Source: Savitreella phatthalungensis
Taxonomy: Eukaryota
Assembly: GCA_051599415.1 (NCBI GenBank)
Contig: AP039699.1
Coordinates: 372,001-436,000, forward strand
DNA: 64,000 bases
Direction of reading: 5' to 3'
Below the pieces are notes generated by a model. That model saw only the letters and a program-made list of their open reading frames with translations, was not told the DNA's origin and did not search any database. Shown piece by piece: positions 1 to 10,501 of the stretch (position 1 is the first letter of the stretch; each line of letters opens with the position of its first letter). Made by a program: the position numbers and the translations under genes.

Positions 1-530
1 CTCACTACTGACGTCGTACACTTCAGTAGAGAGATCCGTGCTCAAGTTGTGCATACCAATTTTTTTTTCCTTTATGATAAGCTTCCCACTTGACCTTGGT
101 TGTGGGAGATGCCTGTGGAGGTATGATTTTAATTCAGATTTAAAGCTGATCAAATGTTCTCTTTTGTCTGGCTTCGATTAATGAACCAAATTCAAAATGA
201 TGCAAGCACATGCATTAAATTTCCATGGAGTAAAAAGTGTGATCGTCGAATCAGCCGTCAACAGCTAGGAAGAGCTCAAGGCTCATATCACTCTCGTCAT
301 CCACAGAACCTCCTCCCCACACATAACAATCCTCGTCTTCCTTCGTCCCTATTGACAAGCTGTTCTTCTTGAGTATAGGACGCGCAGTTTGATCCAAATC
401 AGCAGGTCTGGCGGGCATGATTGCTATCTGACTGCAGCTTGAGTTCTTTCCTGTGTAGCAGGGCAGTGTGATCATCACAAAAGTCAGCCGCTGAAACTTT
501 ATCATATATCGACCCTCATACTCCATCAAC

Positions 531-2003
531 ATGTCATCCTGGAACGTCCCAGAGTCACAGCCGATCATTGCGGGCCTCTTGCCTGTAAAGCGCAACATGT
601 CCATGCACAGACTCAATGAAGCTGGTACATTGATGGCCGCAAAGCAGAGCAAAGTCCACTCGATCGATCCTGAAAACCGCGCCATGCGCCTGCTCAGTAA
701 CTCGAAGGAGCGAATCCCATGGGCAGACATGCTGATAGAAGACGACAAGATTGATAAGATCCAGAACAAGAAACTGCGGAGGTACTATCGGGATCAGAAT
801 GACAAGATTCGCAACTTCATGGAGATCGATCGGCTACTTGACTCCTCATTGCCACGTAATGTGATTCGCAGCTATGGCGCGACCACAAACAATTCTGGCA
901 ATCGCCAGCTCGGACCTGGAGGTCGCAAAGTTGACAGCCAGAACCATGAAAATGGCCATACAAAATCCGGGTCGACCGAGTCTTCATCTGGATCAGGAGC
1001 TGGTTTGCTCGGAGCATCCCATCGGCAAGAGCAGCAGGACGAATCACCAGAGGAAGAGCCAGATGAGCAGGCAAAGCTGCTTGAAGAGCGCGAAGCGAAA
1101 GAACACCGCGCTGTGCAAAACGCCATCAACGTCAACTTTGCTGCCAATGTCGTCCTTTTGGCTGCTAAGATCGCCGTCACCTTGAGCACAAATTCGCTCT
1201 CGATCGTTGCATCCCTCCTCGACAGTGTTCTCGACTTTCTCTCCGGCGTTATCGTCCTCATCTCTAATAGACTGGCGTCGGCAGGCGATCGCTCGAAATA
1301 CCCTGTTGGCAGATCACGGCTTGAGCCCCTTGGCGTTCTGGTCTTTTCGGTCATCATGATTGTCTCATTCCTACAGGTCGCGCTCGAAGGTGTACAGCGG
1401 CTTGCAGCACCGCCGGAGCAACGAGAGCCCGCAGCACCGCTCGGTCCAGCGATTGTGGCCATCATGGCTGCTGTCGTGGTCGTCAAGGGGCTATGCTATA
1501 TCTGGTGTCGTTCGTCAAAGTCCGGGTCCGTGCAGGCACTTGCTCAGGATGCGCTCTCGGACGTCATTTTCAACTTCTTCTCGATCGTCTTCCCGATCAT
1601 TGGATACTTCCTCAACCAATGGTTCCTCGATCCTCTAGGAGCCGTGCTGATCTCGATCTATATCCTCGTCCAATGGGCTCGCACATCGTCAGAGCACATC
1701 CGCAATCTGACCGGTCGCGTTGCAGACGCAAAGGACATCGAGAGCGTCATCTACATGGCCATGCGCTTCTCAGACTTCATCGAGTCTATCACCTCTGTTG
1801 CAGCCTACCACGCCGGAGACAAGATTGTTGTCGAGCTTGACGTCTCACTCGACCAGCAGACCTCTCTTCGGGATTCTCATGATCTCGGAGAGGCACTCCA
1901 GTTCGCCATCGAGCATCTAGAAGGCATCGAGCGTGCCTATGTCCACCTCGACTACGTCAAGACCAAGACTAACCTGCACAAGACGCAGGGTGGATTTGCT
2001 TAA
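531..2003 (+). CDS. Cation diffusion facilitator (CDF) metal transporter, Mn-CDF/MTP-like
   Basis: 490 aa ORF; SLSIVASLLDSVLD, YPVGRSRLEPLG, ALAQDALSDV, LDPLGA; C-terminal dimerisation region SHDLGEALQFAIE...IERAYVHLDY. Confidence 0.92.
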   Translation: MSSWNVPESQPIIAGLLPVKRNMSMHRLNEAGTLMAAKQSKVHSIDPENRAMRLLSNSKERIPWADMLIEDDKIDKIQNKKLRRYYRDQNDKIRNFMEIDRLLDSSLPRNVIRSYGATTNNSGNRQLGPGGRKVDSQNHENGHTKSGSTESSSGSGAGLLGASHRQEQQDESPEEEPDEQAKLLEEREAKEHRAVQNAINVNFAANVVLLAAKIAVTLSTNSLSIVASLLDSVLDFLSGVIVLISNRLASAGDRSKYPVGRSRLEPLGVLVFSVIMIVSFLQVALEGVQRLAAPPEQREPAAPLGPAIVAIMAAVVVVKGLCYIWCRSSKSGSVQALAQDALSDVIFNFFSIVFPIIGYFLNQWFLDPLGAVLISIYILVQWARTSSEHIRNLTGRVADAKDIESVIYMAMRFSDFIESITSVAAYHAGDKIVVELDVSLDQQTSLRDSHDLGEALQFAIEHLEGIERAYVHLDYVKTKTNLHKTQGGFA

Positions 2004-2165
2004 GCAGCAGTATTTTGGGCTTTTACTTTGTAGAGTGTTTTCGTGAACCGAGATATCGGTTTTTCCGGGTTTCAGCGGAGCTGGAGGTCGTAAGGTTGTC
2101 ATCTTTCGCGGCAGGAAGGGGTCTCCTGCTGCATAGCCTAATATAACGAAATAGAATCGTCATCT

Positions 2166-2669
2166 TCAAGTAAGATCTTCAAGCTTTGGAATGCGGTCCA
2201 TATCAACCAGATGCTCGTCGTGCGCTGTATAGCCAGGATTGAGCCTCCTGTCCCCAAGCACTGTCCCCGTGAATCGATCTTCGCCTGCAGACTTGAGTTG
2301 CTTTTCAACCAAGTGGCGCAACCAGTCGGCATCCACAGCTTCACCAAGATCATCTGTACCTTGACCAGCAATGCGCCTGTGTTCCTGAGCGACTTGTCCC
2401 TTGGCAAATGTCAAAAGATCGTCTGCGGAGATACGGAGAGTCTCCATGGCAGCGAGGACGTCTTCGACATCGCATCCACGACCGCCGGTCCCGCGTAACT
2501 CGGCAGCGCCACGAGCACTGAGGCCCAAGTGGCGTAGCACACCGATGAACACCTCAGTCAGGCTTTCGACAACGGAACTCCGAGCGCGGTCAACACCAGC
2601 AGCACGCAGCAGCTGCATAGCGACAACCCGCGCAAGCGCAAAGTGGAAATGTGCAGCCCCGTCAGACAT
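2166..2669 (-). CDS. Bromodomain-associated (BTP) histone-fold protein, TAF3-like TFIID subunit
   Basis: First ATG at 2669 (MSDGAAHFHFALARVVAMQLLRAAGVDRARSSVVESLTEVF...AAELRG...DVEDVLAAM); ORF-track start at 2855 is GTG. Confidence 0.75.
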   Translation of the reverse strand: MSDGAAHFHFALARVVAMQLLRAAGVDRARSSVVESLTEVFIGVLRHLGLSARGAAELRGTGGRGCDVEDVLAAMETLRISADDLLTFAKGQVAQEHRRIAGQGTDDLGEAVDADWLRHLVEKQLKSAGEDRFTGTVLGDRRLNPGYTAHDEHLVDMDRIPKLEDLT

Positions 2670-3202
2670 GTAGCCAAGCGAAAAAGAGGCGTTCAGGTGA
2701 ATCTGGATTATCGAGACATTGATTGTAAAGCCAACGACTTTGTCTGACTTGCTGCTAGTAAGGGAAACGTCAACGTTGGTGCTGGTCAAGAGATGTTTGG
2801 TTGGATGTATCGTGCATACATTGTATAGACTATAATGAACTCCTGTGTCTTCCACGTGATGAAATCAATAATTCCATTCTTCCACATATCTGCACATGCA
2901 CGCATGCATGGATGCAGACTCCCACCTGTAGTAGACTCTCTTCTTCCACCTGTAATTTAGTAAACTCTCGTTCTTTTCCCCACTCTCCACTCTCCACTGA
3001 CATATCCCACACAATTCATCACAGAACAGTCTCTTTCCCATCAAAAGGAATATCCTCGGCCTTCTCCGAGCACTACTTTCCTCATCCCTAAGTCTAGTCT
3101 GCAAGGACAAACACATCCTTCACTCAAGCATTCGTCACTCTTATCGCTCTTCATCCCTTCAGCATCCATACCCCGTATCTATCTATCTACCAAGTCGATA
3201 CA

Positions 3203-4264
3203 ATGACCAAACGGATCTGGCTAGACTGTGATCCCGGCCACGACGATGCTTTCGCTCTCTTACTTGCTTGTCAAACACCATCACTCGCCAAGCTCGTCGG
3301 TGTCTCTGCATGTCACGGCAATGCATCACTAGATCGCACAATCTATAACGCAGGGTCAGTCCTGACAGCTTGTGGAGCACACCTGCACGAAGGTCTCGCC
3401 AGACCAGTGCTCGTCAAAGGCTGTGCTAGACCGCTTGTGGTCGAGTCTTGTGCAGCCCCAGACATTCACGGCGAGTCTGGCATCGCCGGTACAGACCTGC
3501 TTCCAGAACCAGCAGCATGCTTCACACAACCGCTCGAGTTCTCGGCGATGCTGGACGAGCGCACGTACAGGTTTCCAACAGCAGAAGAACGCGCTCAGGG
3601 AGAGAAGTACTCCCTCTGCATCACCGGTCCAGCGACCAACATCGCACATCTCACACAGATCAAGCCAGAACTGTTTGAGCACGTGGACGAGCTGCTCATC
3701 ATGGCCGGTGCTAGAACGACCGGCAACAAGACCTCCCAAGCAGAGTTCAATGTGTGGGCTGATCCACATGCGCTGCAGGTGTTATTGGATGCACCTGTCT
3801 GGCAGGGTAAAGTGGTGCTGATGCCGCTAGAGCTCACACACCAGGTAATCTTATCACCTTCAATCGAGAAGCAGTTCTCTGACGTTTGCCTTGCTCAGCT
3901 CCGTCAGTCGGGCAAGGTAGATGTGTCAGAGTCCAAGTTCGCTTGGATGTGGGTCGAATTGGGAACCTTCTTCGGCAAGGCCTACAGAGACGTTTTTGGC
4001 TTTCCAGATGGCGGTCCAGTACACGATCCTACAACTGTCGCCTATGCGCTATGTCCGCAGATGTTTGAGGAGACAAACCTATACGTCGAAGTCGATTGCC
4101 GCGAAGGGCCTACGCGCGGTAGAACGATCGTCGACGAGTGGCGTCAAACGGGCAAGACCCCGAACGCTAGGATTTGTACGAAGATCGATCAGCAGGCATT
4201 TTGGAAGGTTGTTGGCGAGAGCATGCAGCGAGCCAATCTCGTCAGCCCTGTCAACCAGCTATGA
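3203..4264 (+). CDS. URH1: Inosine/uridine-preferring nucleoside hydrolase
   Basis: IWLDCDPGHDDAFA, HGNASL, DIHGESG, TGPATNIA, AEFNVWADP, GGPVHDP motifs. Confidence 0.93.
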   Translation: MTKRIWLDCDPGHDDAFALLLACQTPSLAKLVGVSACHGNASLDRTIYNAGSVLTACGAHLHEGLARPVLVKGCARPLVVESCAAPDIHGESGIAGTDLLPEPAACFTQPLEFSAMLDERTYRFPTAEERAQGEKYSLCITGPATNIAHLTQIKPELFEHVDELLIMAGARTTGNKTSQAEFNVWADPHALQVLLDAPVWQGKVVLMPLELTHQVILSPSIEKQFSDVCLAQLRQSGKVDVSESKFAWMWVELGTFFGKAYRDVFGFPDGGPVHDPTTVAYALCPQMFEETNLYVEVDCREGPTRGRTIVDEWRQTGKTPNARICTKIDQQAFWKVVGESMQRANLVSPVNQL

Positions 4265-4613
4265 ACGATGTAGGAATGTTTGTACAAATGGCATAACGTC
4301 ATATTGCTCACAGAACAGGGCAACCTCGAGCCCACGTACAAGCTCCAGGTCATTTTCACGTGATCCATGAATAACTTCCCCGGATTTCAAGGTGTTTTAA
4401 CGATTGTCAGTCTGATTCAGGTCAATCACTCTTTCGATCTCCAGATCCAAGATTCCAGATTCTCGATTCTAACATTCAGATCCAGGCCGGTTCCCGAGTC
4501 TCCCACCTCGGCAACAGCCATCAATACCATCTCGCACGCATTGCTCATCTACAATTGCAGACACTTCTGTACATCACCCTTGAAATACATCTCTGCTAAG
4601 ATATCGTGTGAGG

Positions 4614-5597
4614 ATGTCGTCTGCGATCAAGCTTGACCTAGACCGTGGTGACGGGATCGCGATCTGCACGCTGGACGATGGGAAGGTGAACATCATGACC
4701 GAGGAGTTGTGGGTTGGTCTGTCTACGGCGCTGAAGACGGCTGAAGCTGCTCGACCTCGGATCAGGGCGATCGTTTTCCGATCGGGACTCAAGAAACCGG
4801 TCTTCACAGCAGGCAACGATATCACCCGCCTGTACGCACCCAACACGAACGTCGACGCCTACACGGTCTTCTGGCGAGCGCAGAACGTGTTCCTGGCGGC
4901 GTTGGCAGGGTCGCCGTTGGTGAGTGCGGCTGTGTTGAAAGGTGCTACGCCTGCTGGTGGGTGTGCGCTGTCGCTGTGCTGCGACTTTAGGTTTGCGTCG
5001 AAGGATACGACGATGGGGTTGAACGAGGCTCGGATTGGGATCAGCGTGCCTGGGATGTGGCAGATCCAGATGGCGCATGTGTTGGGCAGTGCACACGTCG
5101 CCGAGCGTCTCTGCTCCCTTGGCAACTTTGTCGATGCAGCACAGGCAAGTCCCGCGTCCCGGAACCACCACGCAGCCTCGCTCGGTATCTTCTCTATCTC
5201 GCCAAAGGACAGCGCGAGCGAGGTCGGCAAGGCGGCAGCTCAGGCGTCCGCCGGTGTCGCCGTCTCACCACAGGCGACGACGACCGAAAGTGTTGTCTAC
5301 GGTGGTCTTGGGCTTGTCGATGGCGTGTACAACGACAGTGCTGCAGCAGAGGCTGCGTGTCTCGCCACTCTCAGGGAGATCCTCAAGCTCGTGCCTGACG
5401 CTGGCAGGATCTTGGCCAAGAACCAGGCGCGTGGGGAGCACGTCGCCAGGTGGGGCGATGTCGCTCGCATCGATGCAGAGGCTAAAGACAAATGGCCCTT
5501 CCTCGCATCCGAACCCGTCGTCAAGGTCCTCGGCGCCACCCTCGCAAGACTCCAGGGTGGAAGCAAGCGTAAAGCGCCTTCAAGCCCGAAGATGTAA
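4614..5597 (+). CDS. Crotonase-fold enoyl-CoA delta-isomerase/hydratase
   Basis: VFTAGNDI, GATPAGGCALSLCCDFR, MGLNEARIGI, GLVD motifs; ATG at 4614. Confidence 0.85.
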   Translation: MSSAIKLDLDRGDGIAICTLDDGKVNIMTEELWVGLSTALKTAEAARPRIRAIVFRSGLKKPVFTAGNDITRLYAPNTNVDAYTVFWRAQNVFLAALAGSPLVSAAVLKGATPAGGCALSLCCDFRFASKDTTMGLNEARIGISVPGMWQIQMAHVLGSAHVAERLCSLGNFVDAAQASPASRNHHAASLGIFSISPKDSASEVGKAAAQASAGVAVSPQATTTESVVYGGLGLVDGVYNDSAAAEAACLATLREILKLVPDAGRILAKNQARGEHVARWGDVARIDAEAKDKWPFLASEPVVKVLGATLARLQGGSKRKAPSSPKM

Positions 5598-5841
5598 ATC
5601 CCGAATCGCCCACCGAGCTCGGAGTCTTTGTCGCCGGTGGTCGTGTTAGTATGTTCCTCACAGCCACTCAGAATTTGAAGTCAAGAATAATTAAGTCATT
5701 AAGAGAGAGAAGTTTCCTACGCCACTTGCGTACTGATTGGCGGTAAAGGGTGACTTCGGAATGTCTGGTTTCGCTACTGTCGTTATGGGTACATGCGGAC
5801 GTGTATATGTGTGAGTGGCAGATCCTCGCTCTTACGCTCGC

Positions 5842-7767
5842 TTAGTGATCACGCGCTCTGGTGATGTGCAATCGATCATGAGCGGCTCGGAGGATGCCAT
5901 GACCATTATTGCGCGAATAGTGCTGAGGATGTGATGCCATGTGTGCGGGCGTAGGTCGTGCGAGTGAGCTGTCGAACGCGGTAGATCCAGCACTTGTCGG
6001 CGGTGGCGCTAGCCCATGCTCGGCCGCCGATGCTGGCGAGAAACCAGTCACCACCTGACCAGCTGGATCACCGACAGACGTTCCGCCGCCGGCTCGCGTG
6101 ACTCCAGGACCTGGCGTCCCAGCCCGGCTGCCTGCGTTAGAACGATTGAGGGGTGAGTCGTAGTCCGGCAAGGACGCTGACAGCGGTCCAGCAGACGGAT
6201 TGTGTGCCGCAGTCTCGTAGGATGGAATCCGTGAGAGCATCTGAAGTTCCATGTATTGCTGACGCTGCGTTTCTGCAGCTAGAGCGGCAGCATGGACTGC
6301 TTGAAGGTTAGTCGAGCTGCCTCGAGCTGACGACCTATCAGCTGATCGACTTAAGCCAGCGGGAATATCGTCCTCAGAGAAGTGTCGCTCGGCTTCACCA
6401 CGCAGACGCGATGCGTTTCCGACTTGAAGGGGCGTCGTAGATCCAGACTGACCCTCACGAGGAGTACCATGAAAAGAATGATGGGATACGCTCGCCGGTG
6501 GAGTGTGGGTACCATGCGCGCCGGTCGAGGTTAACTGCAGTCGGTTCAGACCAGCGAGAAGAGCATGTCGATGCTGTTCTGAATCAAGAGTTGCGCTAGA
6601 CGTTTGACCCAGCTGACCTGCAACGTCGACCGAGCCGCGGCGACTCCGAGCTGCAGGCGTGTTTACACCTGAAGGCAGCGGTGTCTCAATGCCATCGTAT
6701 AGACGGTCGTAGATGTGCGTTTCGTACGACGGTAGCTGATTGTCTGGATCGTTCGGATCAACTTGACCGGAGCCACCAAAGATGCTTGGCGGGATGAGGA
6801 GGCTGATGGGCAGAGCGGCCCTAAGTTCCGATACGTGTCCGTCAGGATTGAGCAGGGCGACGGTGAACTTGATCTTATGCCTGACCCGCAGATACTTGAC
6901 TTCGCAATCTTGCACACATTGTGTGAGACTGGCGGGAATCTGCAGTGCCTCGTCGACGTCCCAATGTGTGACCTCTTTCTCCAAGTCTTCGATTACAGTC
7001 GTGCCAATCGTCCGCTCGATTTCTTTCTTCGAGACATGTCGACCGGCGCCATGCTCGATACTAAGCGACTGGTACTCCTTCAGCTGACAGGTGATTTTCG
7101 CGATGCTCAGACCTTTCAAGAGTGGCACGAGCTTGAAATTGACCGGTACCGTTGAGCCGATCGGGTAGGACTTTGTGGGAATGCTGATGGCGTACTCGAT
7201 CTTGTTCGGCCAGGTGTTGTCAACAGAAAGTGTTTGAGCCATCTCGAGCGAATCGATCGAGAGTGTCCGTACGACACGGATGCGCTTCTTGCAAGTGATA
7301 TTGGTCGCCAGACCTGGACGTTCAACCGTTGCGATCATGGAATATCCGACCATAGCCTCATCAATGCCTTCCACTGTCTCCGGAAGATCGCCCGGTAGCC
7401 TGACCTCGAACGGATACTCGTAATTACCCACGCCGATCGTCTTGGAGTGGCTCGAGAATGCTAGAAATTGCCAGGTGTGCTCATAGATGATCGACTCGTC
7501 CCTCTGAGTGCGGGAGCTCTGGTTGCGGCTTGCGTTTGTAAACGTCTCTGACCAGGCTACACGGGCTCTGCCTCTGAGAGTGAGCGTGATGTTGCGCGCC
7601 TGAATCGGGTCGTGGAGAGACAGGACAAGTAAGCCTCTCAAGACGGCACCTTCGGAATCAGCAGCGTCGCCGCGCATGACGATGCAGTCTCGGTTATGAG
7701 ACTGAATCCGAATGTCGAATAGTGTCGCAACATGAGCGGAGCTGTGACTTGGCCGTAAAAGATTCAT
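5842..7767 (-). CDS. Alpha-arrestin, CreD/Rod1-like Rsp5 adaptor
   Basis: Arrestin N/C domains (GNYEYPFEVRLPGDLPETVEG, SVDNTWPNKIEY, PLLKGL, VRHKIKFTVALLNPDGHVSELRA) and PY-like motifs LPSY, IPSY, LPDY. Confidence 0.9.
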   Translation of the reverse strand: MNLLRPSHSSAHVATLFDIRIQSHNRDCIVMRGDAADSEGAVLRGLLVLSLHDPIQARNITLTLRGRARVAWSETFTNASRNQSSRTQRDESIIYEHTWQFLAFSSHSKTIGVGNYEYPFEVRLPGDLPETVEGIDEAMVGYSMIATVERPGLATNITCKKRIRVVRTLSIDSLEMAQTLSVDNTWPNKIEYAISIPTKSYPIGSTVPVNFKLVPLLKGLSIAKITCQLKEYQSLSIEHGAGRHVSKKEIERTIGTTVIEDLEKEVTHWDVDEALQIPASLTQCVQDCEVKYLRVRHKIKFTVALLNPDGHVSELRAALPISLLIPPSIFGGSGQVDPNDPDNQLPSYETHIYDRLYDGIETPLPSGVNTPAARSRRGSVDVAGQLGQTSSATLDSEQHRHALLAGLNRLQLTSTGAHGTHTPPASVSHHSFHGTPREGQSGSTTPLQVGNASRLRGEAERHFSEDDIPAGLSRSADRSSARGSSTNLQAVHAAALAAETQRQQYMELQMLSRIPSYETAAHNPSAGPLSASLPDYDSPLNRSNAGSRAGTPGPGVTRAGGGTSVGDPAGQVVTGFSPASAAEHGLAPPPTSAGSTAFDSSLARPTPAHMASHPQHYSRNNGHGILRAAHDRLHITRARDH

Positions 7768-8389
7768 TATTCAGAGAAAGTGAGGAGGACGAAGTAGTGC
7801 GGCGAACAGAGGCGATTCGTATCTGGGTCTCGCTCGAGCGCTGCAGACGTTGCTCCGGTACAGGGTACAGAGTCCTAGAGCGAGGATCTTCACAGATTCT
7901 TCCCCCTGCGCCAACGTCTTGCAGCCACTACAGAAGAAGCAGATACGGAGAGCTCAAGGTGAGATTGAAGACTGATCGAATGAATCACTGAGCGCGTGTG
8001 TGAAGTAGATAGCCTGGTTGTTGCTCGTCCGAACCTGGTCTTGTGCCGTTGCTTCTACTCAATCCTTCACTCGCCAATTGTGCATCCACACACAGAAACA
8101 GAGACGCAGAACATATGATTGATTCAAGTAACATTGACGATTGATAGGATCCCGCGGATTCGAGTCAAAATTCAAAATGATCGAGATCTTCCGTCATGCA
8201 TCAAGCGGCCTGTCAATGCACGAAATGACTCGTATCACTTCCCGACGTCTGTGACGAATACATTCAACTCTACCCTGTAGAAGCTAGTGGGAGAAGGTCT
8301 CAGTGCGGAGCAAGTAGCGAAAAGGACGCGAGCGTTATCGAGATCGCTGCGCAGGCGAAAAGATGTCCCGATCCAGCAAAACTGAAGAA

Positions 8390-8656
8390 GAAGCCAGTCG
8401 CTCTAGAGGGCTGGCGCTCCTGTGTGAAGACCGACTAGATCCGGACCAGCTCTCGCATCGCCGAGGTCCCCGAGGCCGGTGCAGCAGCGTCGATGGAGTC
8501 TGCACCGGTGCGAGAATATGCAAATCGTCGCTAATACTCCTCAGACAGCCACTCAAAAATGAGTGCATCATCTGGGACCTAGGATTCGACCACTGGAGAT
8601 CATCGCCACATCGAGCTTTCCAGCTTTCTGTCCACGTTGTCTTGTCACCAAATTCA
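8390..8656 (+). pseudogene. Frameshifted 3' fragment (A'') of island gene A family
   Basis: Translates across a frameshift as ...CKSSLILLRQPLKNECIIWDLGFDH / EIIATSSFPAFCPRCLV, versus gene A VKFQLLFLRRPFRSESLIWDMASDHGEAIANSTFPTFRPRRVI; ends approximate. Confidence 0.75.
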
Positions 8657-8810
8657 GCGACGTCTTATCATAAGACGTCGCAGACAGACAGCTGGGAAGC
8701 TCGATGTGTCGATGAGTTCTCCGTGGTCGAAGCGAAGTACCCAGATGATGCATTCGCCCTGAATGGCTGTCTTAGGAATACTAACGAGAACTTGCATGTT
8801 CTCGCCCGGA
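8505..8810. repeat. Imperfect inverted repeat (~125-bp arms) with a perfect 12-bp palindrome in the centre
   Basis: Arms about 8505-8632 and 8683-8810 are reverse-complementary (e.g. tgcatcatctggg / cccagatgatgca); GCGACGTCTTAT-c-ATAAGACGTCGC at 8657-8681. Confidence 0.85.
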
Positions 8811-9260
8811 TTCTCCTGCGAACTCATACCGCGCTGCTTTGAAGCCCACATTACACTCCTTAGACATCGCCCTGTGTTCGTGTATGACGAGCCCGTCCCG
8901 TCTGCCGTGATCGTGAAGCATTCTGAAGGATTCCAGGAGAAGCGGAAGAGTATCGGTTTTTAACTTTGTCATATCAACCTTGGCGGAGACGACCCGGGCG
9001 AGTCCGACAGTGATATTGGGGTCGGCAATAGACGCACGTGTGTCATTGTGACGCTAAGACGCCGCGTACCTTTGAAGGAGACGGTGATGTCGAAGTGGAG
9101 CGCTTTGGCTTGTGCCCTTTGCAAGTGGTCGATGCACGGAATCGCATTGTTTCCGATGATATATTGAGAAGACATTCTGTTTTACTATCTGGAAGGAGAT
9201 GCTGTTCGAGGGGCGCGTGTGTGTAACCGGCATAGGTTCGCCGGCCGCTGGATCGGCCAA
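8660..9260 (-). pseudogene. Frameshifted tandem copy (A') of island gene A
   Basis: Fragments ALHFDITVSFK, LKTDTLPL...HGRRDGLVIHEHRAMSKECNVGFKAAR and ECIIWVLRFDHGELIDTSSFPAV are collinear with gene A RLEFDLDIHTK, TRTETYPL...SGRQGFVVHENRATRTKCRMKFQARR and ESLIWDMASDHGEAIANSTFPTF, but lie in different frames. Confidence 0.75.
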
Positions 9261-9271
9261 GTCGGCACAGT

Positions 9272-10192
9272 TTAGGCAGCAAGATTGTCTAGTCGTACAT
9301 CTGTGATAATTCCAGCCTGGTCGAAATCAATGGCGATGACCCGCCGAGGGCGGAACGTAGGAAAAGTCGAATTGGCGATTGCCTCACCATGATCGCTAGC
9401 CATGTCCCAAATAAGGCTCTCACTTCTAAACGGACGACGAAGAAACAATAATTGAAATTTGACCGACCGTATTGTCTCCGTCAGCGCCATCCCTGGTTTC
9501 CTTCTGGCTTGAAACTTCATTCGACATTTCGTCCGGGTCGCACGGTTCTCGTGAACAACGAAGCCTTGACGACCCGATACTGGGTCCCACAGGAGATCTG
9601 AGAACACCGGACCGAGCGGGTAGGTCTCGGTTCTTGTGTTGGTCTTGTCGGTCTTGAGCGAGGCGATCTTGTCTACCCCGATTGTGATATTCCTCTCATG
9701 GGCCAACGCTGTGTCGCTGTCGATGACTGCGCTGTCCCTTGTCAGGACCTCAAAGTGAGTTTCCTCGAACGCCTGGAGACAGACGTGGGTGTCGTTGTGA
9801 AGCCATGTGGCTGCCCTCTTGGTGTGGATATCGAGGTCGAATTCGAGCCTTTCGATGTCGCCACTGATAGCTATCTTAACATCTGCCAAGTGTGTTTGCC
9901 CTTCGTAGGCTTCGAGCTCATCTGGAGACGGAGGACCTCGCCAGCTTTTTGGAGCAACTGGCTCCTTCCCGGGCCTTGCCGGATTGTTGATGCGCTTGGC
10001 TTTCGCGGTCAAGTGCCTCACTTTGCGCAATGCTGCCGCGAATTGCGCCGGACTTTCCCCCTGAACGAGATTTGGATCTTGTCTGAGCGGCAATGGATGT
10101 AGCGCCGGAAGAAGATCCAACTCATAAATATCACCGGTCTTCTTCCCTTTGTCGATGGTGATCGGTTGGGGTCCAGTTGTTGTAGAGCTCAT
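9272..10192 (-). CDS. Unknown protein, island gene A (306 aa), paralog of 12317-13645
   Basis: Open frame from ATG 10192 (MSSTTTGPQ); TATAAA on the minus strand at ~10265-10270; collinear similarity to gene B. Confidence 0.7.
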   Translation of the reverse strand: MSSTTTGPQPITIDKGKKTGDIYELDLLPALHPLPLRQDPNLVQGESPAQFAAALRKVRHLTAKAKRINNPARPGKEPVAPKSWRGPPSPDELEAYEGQTHLADVKIAISGDIERLEFDLDIHTKRAATWLHNDTHVCLQAFEETHFEVLTRDSAVIDSDTALAHERNITIGVDKIASLKTDKTNTRTETYPLGPVFSDLLWDPVSGRQGFVVHENRATRTKCRMKFQARRKPGMALTETIRSVKFQLLFLRRPFRSESLIWDMASDHGEAIANSTFPTFRPRRVIAIDFDQAGIITDVRLDNLAA

Positions 10193-10501
10193 TTTAAGTG
10201 GAAGAGGAAGATCGATTTGATTGTCGGAAACTCCTTTGAGTCTGATGGCGGAATCGTATGTGGCTTTATAGGCGTTACGCGTATACTCGAGAGACCGCTG
10301 GGCGATGCGTTTGTCCTGGAAGCCAGATAGTGGCCCACAGTGGATGACGAAAGTCAATCGATCAATTACTCGTTCAATCGGTCACATGCGCGTGCGTTCC
10401 GATGGGGAAGCTGACTCAACGTTTCAAGGCCTGACTCTCCTGCCGAGAATAGCTCAAGCTGGAGATGCAAGAGACGGTTCAGAGGCATTCGTAATTAATT
10501 C

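Noticed and set aside
5146..5290. GC-AG intron explaining the isomerase insertion
   Set aside because: GCAAGT donor is present, but the AG nearest the end of the insert is out of phase and no branch site was seen; left as a coding insertion
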